Source of the DNA: a bacterium
GTDB lineage: Bacteria; UBA10199; 2-02-FULL-44-16; JAAZCA01
Assembly (NCBI GenBank): GCA_963674695.2
Contig: CAXXGI010000001.1
Span: forward strand, 480,001-544,000
Direction of reading: 5' to 3'
Length of the DNA stretch: 64,000 nucleotides
Both the position numbers and the translations under genes were made by a program. This document shows, piece after piece, positions 40,651 through 50,185 of the stretch. The first letter of the stretch is position 1; each line of letters opens with the position of its first letter. The notes beneath the pieces were generated by a model. That model ran no database searches. It saw nothing but the letters and a program-made list of their open reading frames with translations, and was not told the origin of the DNA.

Positions 40651-40940
40651 AAAAGTGGTCGACTTGCTCCCACTTCGAAGGCCATTCGTAATGGGAGCAA
40701 AGTGACCACTACGAAGGCCGTTTGTAGTGGTAGTAAAACGACCACTACGAAGGCCGTTTGTGGTGGTCGGGTTTGACCAGTTTTGTGCGGGGGGTGTTGG
40801 GAAGTGGTAAAAAGCGACCACCACGAAGGCCGTTCGTGGTGGTCGGTGTTGACCAGTTTTTGGCATGGGTGGCGGAAAGTGGTAAAAAGCGACCACCACG
40901 AACGGCCTTCGTGGTGGTCGGTGTTGACCGGTTTTTGGCG
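40651..40940. repeat. Right array of the same hairpin repeats
   Basis: Five cores near 40664, 40704, 40739, 40815 and 40890; array starts just after the ATPase stop. Confidence 0.85.
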
Positions 40941-40944
40941 CGGG

Positions 40945-42534
40945 TTAGCGGCGGCGGCTGATACGGGCGTGGGCCAGACGCACTGTGGCGAGGCTTAGGA
41001 TCGTGAGGCCGATGATCCACCAGAGGCCGAGCGGGCCCCAGGGAATGCGGGCGCTGTCGGTGGGCATGAGCTGCGATTTGCCGCAGCCGCTAGCCATGGA
41101 GCTCGCTGAGACCAGACCGCTGCCGCCGTCGGTGCCTTCGGCACCGTCCATGCCGCTGCCGCCGTCGACTTCGACGATCTCTTCGCCCTCGTCATCGGTG
41201 CTGCCGGAGGTCATCTCGGGCTCGCTGCCGTCCTGCACGTTTCCACCCGTGGTCGGGATGTCGTAGGGCGTTTGGACGAAGGCGATAGGATACTCATTTT
41301 CTGCCGTAATAGAAAACTCCTGCGATATGGTCGTGGTCCCATTCATGGAGTCGGTGAAGACCATGACCAATGCCCTATTGCGATATTCCGGTGGCAAATC
41401 GTATTCCGTCACACCCTCGCCAACAGCCACCTGAATAGGGAGTCCACCGGACTGATAATGCTCGTCTGAGAAAATAGCTTCAACCTGATGACTTCTGGCA
41501 TCCGAAACAAACAACTCCACACGTCCGAATTCGGTCGGCTCATTCTCAGGAAGGTGGATAAAGACTTTTTTTATTCCGTATTCAATGCTCTCCTCATCAG
41601 CGTCAATATAACTCCACGAATCATCGACGAGTTCCGTAAAGCGTACGTCGCGCATCGCCGCGGAATCGACGCTAATGCCATCAAGGCGAGCCGAGTGGTC
41701 GCCCAACTCTTCATCATAATTATCCTTCACAATCGTCTTAAGCAGACTCGTTCCCCTAAAACCGTTATAGACATGAACACCACGTCTGTTGTTCTCACTC
41801 GCTGAATTGCGAATCTGCACATCGTTCGCTTCAATCCGAATGCCATCGACACATTGCGATGCCGTCACGCCGTCGATAACCGCGGCACTGGAAGCAACGG
41901 TGAGGCAGTTGCTGCCCTCGGCCTTTTCGCCATCGCCGGTGATAGTGACGTCATCCTGAATGGTGATTGTTCCCGAGCCTTCCAGCTTCATGCCGCCCTC
42001 TGCCTGGACGTTTTGAACGATGATGTCAGAGAGAAAAACATCGCCCTCTCCTTCAGGGCTTGCAACGGTCAGAAGGGGCGCAGTTCCTTCATATGAATTA
42101 TCCGCTCGTTGAATATTGATACCACCGATATAGACATCGTCGTTGGTCAACCGAGAAAATGAAAGCCCTTCCGAAAGAGAGAGCGGCTCACTCATGACAA
42201 AGCAGAGGAACCAGGCGGTGACATCCTGGCCATCGATCTGCTTGGTCTGCATGCTTCGCGGACAACTGGGGATGGATTCGTCAATGGATGTATAGTTTTC
42301 GAGAATATGGTCGATCAATTTCTGCTGCGTCCATTGACATTCTGGCTTCATTTGCCAAAATGGAATATCTGCACATTCCGGTACTGGAGTTTCAAGCGCC
42401 GCAAGAATCTCCGCAACATCAATCTTCAAAACATTCTCTGCACAGGGATCCTCTGCGGCAAAGGATTGAACGGGCAGAAACAGGAGCAACAGCACAAATG
42501 GAACCAGAACAGTAGTAATGATGTGTCTCTTCAT
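40945..42534 (-). CDS. Secreted protein with probable right-handed beta-helix region and CTERM-like anchor
   Basis: Signal peptide; parallel beta-helix-like repeats (DGIRIEANDVQIRNS, RGVHV); acidic Gly linker; SGC..TM..RRR tail. Confidence 0.7.
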   Translation of the reverse strand: MKRHIITTVLVPFVLLLLFLPVQSFAAEDPCAENVLKIDVAEILAALETPVPECADIPFWQMKPECQWTQQKLIDHILENYTSIDESIPSCPRSMQTKQIDGQDVTAWFLCFVMSEPLSLSEGLSFSRLTNDDVYIGGINIQRADNSYEGTAPLLTVASPEGEGDVFLSDIIVQNVQAEGGMKLEGSGTITIQDDVTITGDGEKAEGSNCLTVASSAAVIDGVTASQCVDGIRIEANDVQIRNSASENNRRGVHVYNGFRGTSLLKTIVKDNYDEELGDHSARLDGISVDSAAMRDVRFTELVDDSWSYIDADEESIEYGIKKVFIHLPENEPTEFGRVELFVSDARSHQVEAIFSDEHYQSGGLPIQVAVGEGVTEYDLPPEYRNRALVMVFTDSMNGTTTISQEFSITAENEYPIAFVQTPYDIPTTGGNVQDGSEPEMTSGSTDDEGEEIVEVDGGSGMDGAEGTDGGSGLVSASSMASGCGKSQLMPTDSARIPWGPLGLWWIIGLTILSLATVRLAHARISRRR

Positions 42535-42578
42535 CGGCTCACCCCCATGAAACCGTTAACATCAGCATAACTCTATAC

Positions 42579-42594
42579 AGCAACAAGCGTGCCA
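42579..42594 (-). promoter_or_regulatory. sigma54 (-24/-12) promoter
   Basis: Minus strand TGGCACG-CTTG-TTGCT, a perfect consensus 45 nt upstream of the 42534 start. Confidence 0.75.
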
Positions 42595-42758
42595 ACGTTG
42601 AAGTGACCGTGGATCGGAATAAAACAGCGTCATTTCAGGGGGATAGAAATTGTCGGATAAACGCGAGGGGTAGGTTTTGCATTCTGAAAATGTCGGGGCG
42701 TCAAAATGATACCGATGGTAAGGAGATGGGTTGTATAGAGGGAAGACGAATGCAAAAG

Positions 42759-42841
42759 CGAGATCCCCGCTTTCGCGAGGATGACAAAGACACTCGGGGA
42801 TGACAGCAAGCAGGAGATTCTTCGCTTCACTCAGAATGACA
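42759..42841. repeat. Cluster of REP-like half elements
   Basis: gagatccccgctttcgcgaggatgaca; ggggatgaca; gagattcttcgcttcactcagaatgaca. Confidence 0.65.
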
Positions 42842-42866
42842 CAGGCGCGTTCATTGCCGATGCAAC

Positions 42867-45854
42867 CTAGTTAAGATCGCCCATGTCGACGGGGATGGGC
42901 GGAGGAATGCCCGGACTCATCTGCTGAGAAAAATCGATCACCTGTTTCACATAGGCATAGCTCAGCCCGCCGGGATACGAACGGCCTGGAAGCGTAAAGA
43001 CATCGGCATCATATTCAAGATCAATCGTTCGCAAGCTGCGACCATCTCGCAGGAAGGAAAAGGTATCACCCGAATAGGCAATACGCCATTCATCCGGGCA
43101 CATCACGGCGCGGTCATCCTTTCCATCGCCATCAAAATCTGCCGCCATCGGATGACACTTACCCCCGCCATAGACGTTGTCCGGAGGAAGGAACGTAAAC
43201 GAAGCAAAATAATCGCTGACAAACGCCACGCTCCACTTTTCAGATGTATTATCCTTGATCGCCGGAGCGCTCCAAGAGCTGTCAGGATCAAAACGACCAG
43301 GAACCGGAATCGCTTCATTCCCGCCATAGATTGGGTTCGCATACTCCATGATATTAAATGTTCCATTTGGATATGTCAGCCCTACCATTGTCCCTTCATC
43401 GACCAAACCATCCGGATATTTATAACTGAAATACGGAGAATGTTCTGTCATATTCGAATAGTCATGGCCAAAGGCGAGATATGCCCAACCGGGGGCCTGC
43501 GCCAACTCTTCATCGGACAGATATTCGAATTCAAATTCATATCCCGAAAAATTGCTTTCGTCCGTACCACCATAATCGACGCGCCATATGCCATCGGAGC
43601 AGGCAATGGCGATGTCCATAAAACCATCTTCATCGTAATCACCCAACGCTGGGCGGCTGTAGTTGGAGCAGTTCGGACCTGTACGTGTGGTGCAGGAGAG
43701 CGGGTCGAGTTTGAGGTCATCGACCCATTGGGCGCTGTAGTCGAGTTCCCAGTCCCAGCCGTGCCACTCGTTACGGCGCAGGATATCGACATCGGTGAAG
43801 GCGATATAAAAGGTGCCGTGTTCCTTGTCGTAGACCACGAAGTCGCTGCGACCGTCGGCGTTCACATCTTCCACATAGGGCCAGACCCAGCGTCCGTCGA
43901 TGGGATCGTGTGCGATCTCGACATCCCAACTGCCAAACCCATCAGCCGCCTCGCCGATGGACGAGAGGTCGAGCTTCCAGGTGCCGTTGGTCCACTGCAC
44001 GAGGTCAGCACGCCCATCGCCGTCGAAGTCGTAGTGATCGGCAAAGCCGGTCTGCGGCGTGAAGAGCTCTTCGTCCGGACAGATCGGATCGGAGTTCACA
44101 AGATCACCCTCTTTGCAGATGATGCCGATGCCCGCCTGGCGCAGGGCGATCATGCGCTCTTCGGTGAGGATCTCGCCGGAATCGAGCTCGGGATATTCGG
44201 CGCGCATCTGGGCGAGAAAGGTATCGACCGCTGTCATCGCCACATCGATGCGCGGCTGCGTGCCGATGTTGCAGCCCGCATCGGTCTGATTGACCCCCGA
44301 GCCAACGATGATCTCGCGCATCTTGGGCGGCATGAGGTAGCGCTTGTAACCGAGGTCATTGCGCGCATAGCTCTGCACGAGCACCGCCGCACCGCCGACG
44401 ATGGCCGCCGCCGACGAGGTGCCGCCGAAGTTATCGATGAAGTAGCTGTTGATCTCGTCGTTGGGCGGGATCGGTCCCTGCGTGCCGTTCCAGGCATAGA
44501 GACCGTATTCATACCCCGTGGTCACAACGCCCTGCCCCCAGGAGAAACTATTCACGCGGGAACCGCAGTTGGAAAACGAGATCTTCGATTCATTCGCGCC
44601 TTCGCTCGCGCCGACGAGAATGGAACCTGAGTCTTCCACCGACAGATCTTTTGCAAAGGCCCACTCTTCACCGCTGTAGAGTTCGGGGTTATCAAAATCC
44701 ATTGAACCATTGGCAGCGGCGGAAATGACCGTCACACCGTAGGCCGTGGCCTGCTCAATCGCCGCAAAGTCCTCAGGCCACAGCTCGCGCGGCATACATC
44801 CATACTGATCGCTCGCATACACACCGGAACAACCGTCAGCAAACTTCCCCGGGAGCTGCATCTCGATCACCCAGATGGATCCAGGTTCGAGGTCGTCGTC
44901 TAAAATGGTATTTGGATCATCTATGCCGTCCGTCGACGAATTGATCAGACCATATGATCCACCCGACTCATGCAACAAAAACGCATCCGGCGCAAAGCCC
45001 GTGACGCCATGACCGTTATTGAGCGCCACCATCACGCCCGCCACGGCTGTGCCGTGTGCAATGGCCGATTCACAGTTGGGAATCTGTGGTTCAAAGCCCG
45101 GCGCGCAGTCCGGATAGAGGAAAAAGTTTCCGCCCTCGCTATGCCGAGTAGCGATGAGACCCAGGTCCTCGTGGTCGAAGTTCATGCCGTGTTCATTGTC
45201 GACGACGGTCACACCTTCGCCCGTCGCCCCCGCGTTCCAGGCGGCGTGGGCGTTCAACCCCCCGTGTGTCGATTCGGGAAAGAGATATCCCTGCAGGCCG
45301 TCGAGCGCAGGGGTTGCGGCCAGCCCCGAAGGCGAGCCCTGCATGCCGGGATAGACCTTGGTCACGCCCTCCATGCCGCGCAGCTCGTTCAAGAGCGCGA
45401 TGGCGTCCTCGGCGCTGTTCGTCTCGATGTGATAGATGGAATTCCAATCGGTGAGCTGCTTGCCCGAGAGCCGCTCGAGCTTGGCGCGCCGCGCGTCGAC
45501 GATATCGGCGTCGGCTTCAACCGTGCGCACGATGCGCGATTCCGGAAAACGCTTGATCGCGTTTTCAACCGAGGCGATGAGCGCCGCTTTGTTCGTGGAG
45601 GTGGTGAGGGCTTTGGATTCGTTCATGCGCACCGCGAGCGCGTCGTCGAAGTGGACGACCAGATGACCCGCGTAGGCATCGGACTGAATGAGCGCCGCCA
45701 TCGTCGTGTGCTCGCCCGCACCCACGTCCGGTTCCGGAGCACTTTCTGGTGAAGGATTACTTCCGCCACCGCAGGATGCGGATGCGATCATCATCGCCAT
45801 CGCACATGCCAGCAGCGCGGACCGTGTTCCCGTCACATCGGTCAGATGTGTCAT
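42867..45854 (-). CDS. S8 serine protease lipoprotein with FG-GAP/VCBS-like repeats, paralog 2
   Basis: Same triad and repeats as 7953..10931 with long near-identical stretches. Confidence 0.85.
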   Translation of the reverse strand: MTHLTDVTGTRSALLACAMAMMIASASCGGGSNPSPESAPEPDVGAGEHTTMAALIQSDAYAGHLVVHFDDALAVRMNESKALTTSTNKAALIASVENAIKRFPESRIVRTVEADADIVDARRAKLERLSGKQLTDWNSIYHIETNSAEDAIALLNELRGMEGVTKVYPGMQGSPSGLAATPALDGLQGYLFPESTHGGLNAHAAWNAGATGEGVTVVDNEHGMNFDHEDLGLIATRHSEGGNFFLYPDCAPGFEPQIPNCESAIAHGTAVAGVMVALNNGHGVTGFAPDAFLLHESGGSYGLINSSTDGIDDPNTILDDDLEPGSIWVIEMQLPGKFADGCSGVYASDQYGCMPRELWPEDFAAIEQATAYGVTVISAAANGSMDFDNPELYSGEEWAFAKDLSVEDSGSILVGASEGANESKISFSNCGSRVNSFSWGQGVVTTGYEYGLYAWNGTQGPIPPNDEINSYFIDNFGGTSSAAAIVGGAAVLVQSYARNDLGYKRYLMPPKMREIIVGSGVNQTDAGCNIGTQPRIDVAMTAVDTFLAQMRAEYPELDSGEILTEERMIALRQAGIGIICKEGDLVNSDPICPDEELFTPQTGFADHYDFDGDGRADLVQWTNGTWKLDLSSIGEAADGFGSWDVEIAHDPIDGRWVWPYVEDVNADGRSDFVVYDKEHGTFYIAFTDVDILRRNEWHGWDWELDYSAQWVDDLKLDPLSCTTRTGPNCSNYSRPALGDYDEDGFMDIAIACSDGIWRVDYGGTDESNFSGYEFEFEYLSDEELAQAPGWAYLAFGHDYSNMTEHSPYFSYKYPDGLVDEGTMVGLTYPNGTFNIMEYANPIYGGNEAIPVPGRFDPDSSWSAPAIKDNTSEKWSVAFVSDYFASFTFLPPDNVYGGGKCHPMAADFDGDGKDDRAVMCPDEWRIAYSGDTFSFLRDGRSLRTIDLEYDADVFTLPGRSYPGGLSYAYVKQVIDFSQQMSPGIPPPIPVDMGDLN

Positions 45855-46079
45855 GGGACCCCCCTTCAAAAAATCCGCTTGCTTTTTGCACTATTAGCAC
45901 CCATGTCGCACCGCGGCAAGAGTTTTCCACAGGCTGGGCACCTCCCCTTTTCGCGAGTTTTTTCAAAAAGTTGCGTAGTTTTTGGGGGGAAGTGGGGGTT
46001 GACGGGCGTTATCAGGCAACACAACGTCTTATTCATTGAAATATAAGGAGATATTACAGGCATCGCCGATAACAGCTGT

Positions 46080-47840
46080 CTACGAAAAGAGGCGGTTGAC
46101 GCGCTTTTCATCGATCGGCTTGGGGATGACTGAATCGGCACCGGCGGCTTTGGCGCGGCGTTGGATCTCTTCATCGTCATAGAAGCCCGTGCAGAGGTGA
46201 ACGCTGCGCACGCCCTTGGCCTTGAGATAGGCCACGAGGTCGACGCCGTTGAGGGTGAAGCCTTCGTAGTTGTAGTCAACGATCGCGGTATCGACCCGAG
46301 CATAATCGATATCGCTGCGCGCCTGGACCTCTTCCGCACTTCCGGCGGAACAAACGATGGAACCTCCCTGGGCATCGACGATCCGTTCCCAGTTGCGACG
46401 AACGTCGGCATCGTCATCGGCGATGAGGACGTTCATATGACTGACGTTGATGCTCACCACATCGGCGGTCGTTCTCACGCGATCATCGGCCACCCGATCC
46501 GTGACGACGCAATTCGGAATCCGAATCGTGAACGTCGTGCCCTTGCCCACCTCACTCTCGACAGTGATCGTGCCACCATGCGCCTCGACCACCTGTTTGC
46601 AGTACGCAAGACCAAGTCCGGTGCCGTGTTGTTTGTCGGTGGTGAAGAACTGGTCGAAGATCTTGAGCAGGTTTTCAGGTGAAATTCCACAGCCGGTGTC
46701 AGTGACGGTTATCGACAGCCCCATACTCTCTCGAGTGACATTTACACGCACATCACCACTCGTCCCCCTGATAGCCTTGACCGCATTGCCCATAATATTC
46801 ACCAGGACACGTCCGATTCGGTAGGCATCAAGGCTGGCCGCTTCCAGGCCATCAGCAATGTGACACACAATCCTGACCCCACGATTGCTCACCTTTCGCC
46901 GCACCTCTTCAACCGCCTCATTCAGAACTGTGCGCACATTGACATTGAGTCGCTCGATACGTGAGGCCTTTGAATAATCGACTAATTCATCGGCCATCAG
47001 CTTGAGCTTTTCCACACTTCGACCTGCGGCGGAAGACAAAGCCTGCATGTCCTCATCATCACCTTCATATTTCCTGCAATCAATAAAGGTCTTCAGCACA
47101 GACAGTGGCGAGCGGATATCGTGGGCAATGTGGGAGGACATTTTGCCCATTTCAAAGAAACGTCTATTATCATACGCCTTCTTCGTCAGCATTCGTTCTC
47201 GGTCAATAATTTCAAGCACAGCGATCATTACTTCCTGAATTCTTTTTGACCGAATTTTTCTCGAAAGTGTAATCACTCGCTGTTGCGCAATTCCATCTTC
47301 AGAACATTGCGACAACAACCCAATCATTCGAGACAGATTATATGTATATATGAATAGAGGAAGTTGACCCGCAGCTATAAGCACCGCAACAAGAACCATA
47401 ACAACAACTAGAAGCAAGCTATATTGCCGTAGCGTAGCAGCAATAAAACCCCAACGATCTATCAACACACTAATATTTGCATACTCATGTCCATATGCGC
47501 GAATGACATAGTTATGCTTACGAATAGAACGCTTAGCAGAAGTTTCAGCTGGATATATATTTCCGGCTATCACAGGGGCTAACATTGAATCACCCACACG
47601 CAATTCAACAGCATCGATTCGTGAAGATTTGATTATTTTCAGAAGAGTAACAAGCCTTTCACTATCACTCGCCTTTATGGCATCGACAAACTCATCATTC
47701 AACGTCTCAACCTTAACGCTGGTAGCATCTAATACGCTCTTCTTCTCCAAATGCACAATCACCCCACTTGCTATGACGGTTACCATGAGAGCAAGGAGAG
47801 CTACAGTAACACTGCATACTATGATCTGCCTTCTATTCAT
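46080..47840 (-). CDS. Hybrid sensor histidine kinase (2 TM, HisKA, HATPase, receiver)
   Basis: IAHDIRSPL, NIMGNAVKA, DTGCGI, FFTT..GTGLGL; receiver VLIADDD..IVDY..PKP. Confidence 0.92.
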   Translation of the reverse strand: MNRRQIIVCSVTVALLALMVTVIASGVIVHLEKKSVLDATSVKVETLNDEFVDAIKASDSERLVTLLKIIKSSRIDAVELRVGDSMLAPVIAGNIYPAETSAKRSIRKHNYVIRAYGHEYANISVLIDRWGFIAATLRQYSLLLVVVMVLVAVLIAAGQLPLFIYTYNLSRMIGLLSQCSEDGIAQQRVITLSRKIRSKRIQEVMIAVLEIIDRERMLTKKAYDNRRFFEMGKMSSHIAHDIRSPLSVLKTFIDCRKYEGDDEDMQALSSAAGRSVEKLKLMADELVDYSKASRIERLNVNVRTVLNEAVEEVRRKVSNRGVRIVCHIADGLEAASLDAYRIGRVLVNIMGNAVKAIRGTSGDVRVNVTRESMGLSITVTDTGCGISPENLLKIFDQFFTTDKQHGTGLGLAYCKQVVEAHGGTITVESEVGKGTTFTIRIPNCVVTDRVADDRVRTTADVVSINVSHMNVLIADDDADVRRNWERIVDAQGGSIVCSAGSAEEVQARSDIDYARVDTAIVDYNYEGFTLNGVDLVAYLKAKGVRSVHLCTGFYDDEEIQRRAKAAGADSVIPKPIDEKRVNRLFS

Positions 47841-49228
47841 TGGATATTCTTTATATCAATGTACCCCAGCATGAGATCATCTGAGCTGATATTCTTTATT
47901 CTTTTCGAAATCAGGATTTCACTTTCAACTTGAAATAATGGAATCAGCTGATAATTATCAAGTAACGCTTTATTGGCGCTCCTAAATAATGTCTCTTTTT
48001 TATCTACATCCATTTCTCGCATTGCGGCTGCAATAATAGCTTCATAACGATCATTTTCGATTGTTGTGCATGTAGCATTGTTATCTCTCATGAACATGTT
48101 GAATATATACATCGGGTCAGATAGAACGGCATCAACGCCAAGCAAGACGGAGCCGTAGTTTTTTTCTGGAGAACGGAGATGCTTCTCAAATTCATACATA
48201 TCGACATGTTTAACTGTTACACTCAATCCGGTCGTCCGAGAAAATTTATCGAAATATTGTTTCAACTCGCGAATTTTGTCCGCATAAAGCGTTATCAAGG
48301 TAATCTCTGTTTTTCCTTCATATTTCCTTGCGGGGCACACTTGTTCTATTCGCCCACCAATTGCCCCTGATATTCCAACTGGGAGAACTCCCCCGACATC
48401 ACGATACACTTCCTTTCTTGGAAAAAAGAGTGTGCGCAATTTATCCACATCAGCGCAATTATAAAATACCTTTCTCGCCTCAATGTCTGGCGTATTAAGA
48501 AGAATGATATAGTTTTTCATGATCAAGACATTATATGCGTTCATTTTGTCACTCAGATTTACATCTTTATTATCCTGAGCGACAAATGTTATATCATCAT
48601 AATCATGAAGGGGCTTACCTAATCCAGGACTCCACTTTTCAAAAATAACCGTTCTATACCGAACATTGTCATTGGATTTCAAAACAATACTTTGCTCATC
48701 GAAACTTTCCACATGATATGGAGAGATACCAATCACCACTCTCGAATTAAATGTTTCTGGATCAGCAATGGCAGCTTCATATGACGATAGCTCACCAAGC
48801 AATGAGTGGTAAGGGTTCTGATATTCTATGATGACACATCTTCCACTTATTGCCTTTTTGTGAATTCCATTCGTAAGAACTCTTCTTTCGAACGCACGCT
48901 GTAGATTTGCTATAACATCAGATGCAGTAACCTCCTTTTCGTTGGAGAATTTCACTCCTTCCCTTACGCAAAAACTAAACCGTTTGAAGTCGTTGCTAAC
49001 ACTCCATTCCTTCAGGATATTTGATCCATATGTGTATTTGGTTTTTTTGTAGAATAAGGGTTCATGCAATTGTTTTAATATGTACAATTTATAATTTGCA
49101 TTCGCGTCAAGGGGATCAAGTACGGCTGGATAAAATGTCATAGCGGCTCTAAATACATTGCCACCCGTATTGCACGATGCAATCACGGCGATCATTGCGA
49201 TGACGATGGCTCTTTTTATTATTTCCAC
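47837..49228 (-). CDS. Family-5 (peptide/nickel-type) solute-binding lipoprotein, no permease nearby
   Basis: Lipobox-like IASC; LDP, WSVSND..F..REGVKFSN..VTASDV, C-terminal LIPLF; stop overlaps the kinase start. Confidence 0.75.
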   Translation of the reverse strand: MEIIKRAIVIAMIAVIASCNTGGNVFRAAMTFYPAVLDPLDANANYKLYILKQLHEPLFYKKTKYTYGSNILKEWSVSNDFKRFSFCVREGVKFSNEKEVTASDVIANLQRAFERRVLTNGIHKKAISGRCVIIEYQNPYHSLLGELSSYEAAIADPETFNSRVVIGISPYHVESFDEQSIVLKSNDNVRYRTVIFEKWSPGLGKPLHDYDDITFVAQDNKDVNLSDKMNAYNVLIMKNYIILLNTPDIEARKVFYNCADVDKLRTLFFPRKEVYRDVGGVLPVGISGAIGGRIEQVCPARKYEGKTEITLITLYADKIRELKQYFDKFSRTTGLSVTVKHVDMYEFEKHLRSPEKNYGSVLLGVDAVLSDPMYIFNMFMRDNNATCTTIENDRYEAIIAAAMREMDVDKKETLFRSANKALLDNYQLIPLFQVESEILISKRIKNISSDDLMLGYIDIKNIQ

Positions 49229-49995
49229 TTAGACATCCTTACAAAAAATGGTTGAAAGCCGTTGTTCATAAAATAACGCAATGACAACTTATGAACAGCA
49301 TTGATACCGACAAAGAATGGTGGCTTATGTTCTGCCATTACCCTGGCAACTGACAAGGCAGCGCTATGATGTACAGCATTTTGCACGCGATCTGACAGCC
49401 ATATATAGGTTATAAGATTGTATTTTTCGAGATACTTATATGCCTGCATTTTCATAACACCGACATAACCCACAAGCTCATCGGCGTACATGACGAAACA
49501 ATGATCGATATCCTTTGCTGTTGGCTCAAAGATATCCATCACCGCTTTGTTGATTTCTTCGTATCCCTTTATCATGTAGCGCCTATCATTACCTAGCTTA
49601 CGGAGAAATTCTCTGCCCAGCTCACTTGAATATTCCGTGATGCATTTGACAGCAACAGACTCTCCATTGGTGTCCGCAACCTCAATGCCTGAATGCTTGA
49701 GACACATGATCTTGTTCACAGTGTGATCATCGTCTCGAAATAATGCCGAAACATTTGGAATTGGTTTGTTAAACTTGAGATTCACATCAATCCCATCACG
49801 ACGTTGCATAGATCTGAAGTCATCAACAATGCCACCGTTCAGCACGAAGTCTTGATCAAGGCAATACGCATCAATTGATGCGCCTGTATTTGTCCATACT
49901 AGTGGAGCATCAAAATGAATTGAACTTTCATTGATGCTGTTCATAAACGAATGAACAAATGATGACCCAATATTACCCACATGATAGTTCATCAT
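49219..49995 (-). CDS. Hypothetical protein with GNAT-like C-terminal fold
   Basis: LVGYVGV..ITYIWLS..SLRYFMNNGF pattern; RBS aaggag. Confidence 0.55.
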   Translation of the reverse strand: MMNYHVGNIGSSFVHSFMNSINESSIHFDAPLVWTNTGASIDAYCLDQDFVLNGGIVDDFRSMQRRDGIDVNLKFNKPIPNVSALFRDDDHTVNKIMCLKHSGIEVADTNGESVAVKCITEYSSELGREFLRKLGNDRRYMIKGYEEINKAVMDIFEPTAKDIDHCFVMYADELVGYVGVMKMQAYKYLEKYNLITYIWLSDRVQNAVHHSAALSVARVMAEHKPPFFVGINAVHKLSLRYFMNNGFQPFFVRMSKWK

Positions 49996-50016
49996 ACTAA
50001 AAACTCCTTCACCTTA

Positions 50017-50050
50017 GGAGCCTCCTTTCGCGTGATTGAAAGGAGGCTCC
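50017..50050 (-). other. Strong stem-loop after the small peptide gene
   Basis: ggagcctcctttc-(8 nt)-gaaaggaggctcc, 13-bp perfect stem; no U-tract on the minus strand. Confidence 0.65.
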
Positions 50051-50081
50051 CTTGCGTTTTGACGACAACAGCGGTCGCCAT

Positions 50082-50165
50082 TCAGCAATACCCATAATTA
50101 CAAACTATTTTTGGTTTTACTCGTTTTACCTTAGTTTCTTTTGCCTTCTTTTCCTCTTTTTTCAT
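50082..50165 (-). CDS. Putative RiPP precursor peptide, 27 aa: MKKEEKKAKETKVKRVKPKIVCNYGYC (absent from the ORF track)
   Basis: Hand-translated ATG 50165 to TGA 50082; GGGAGG RBS; 20 nt after the B12 radical SAM stop; charged leader and Cys/Tyr tail. Confidence 0.8.
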   Translation of the reverse strand: MKKEEKKAKETKVKRVKPKIVCNYGYC

Positions 50166-50185
50166 GACGCCTCCCTTGTTGGTGG

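Noticed and set aside
39133-40940. Possible CRISPR array or integron attC sites
   Set aside because: Inter-repeat sequences resemble each other rather than being unique spacers, the period is irregular, and no cas gene or integrase is present; no clear RYYYAAC/GTTRRRY boxes
7953-45854. Composite transposon or prophage bounded by the S8 duplicates
   Set aside because: No transposase, integrase, terminal inverted repeats or phage genes were recognised
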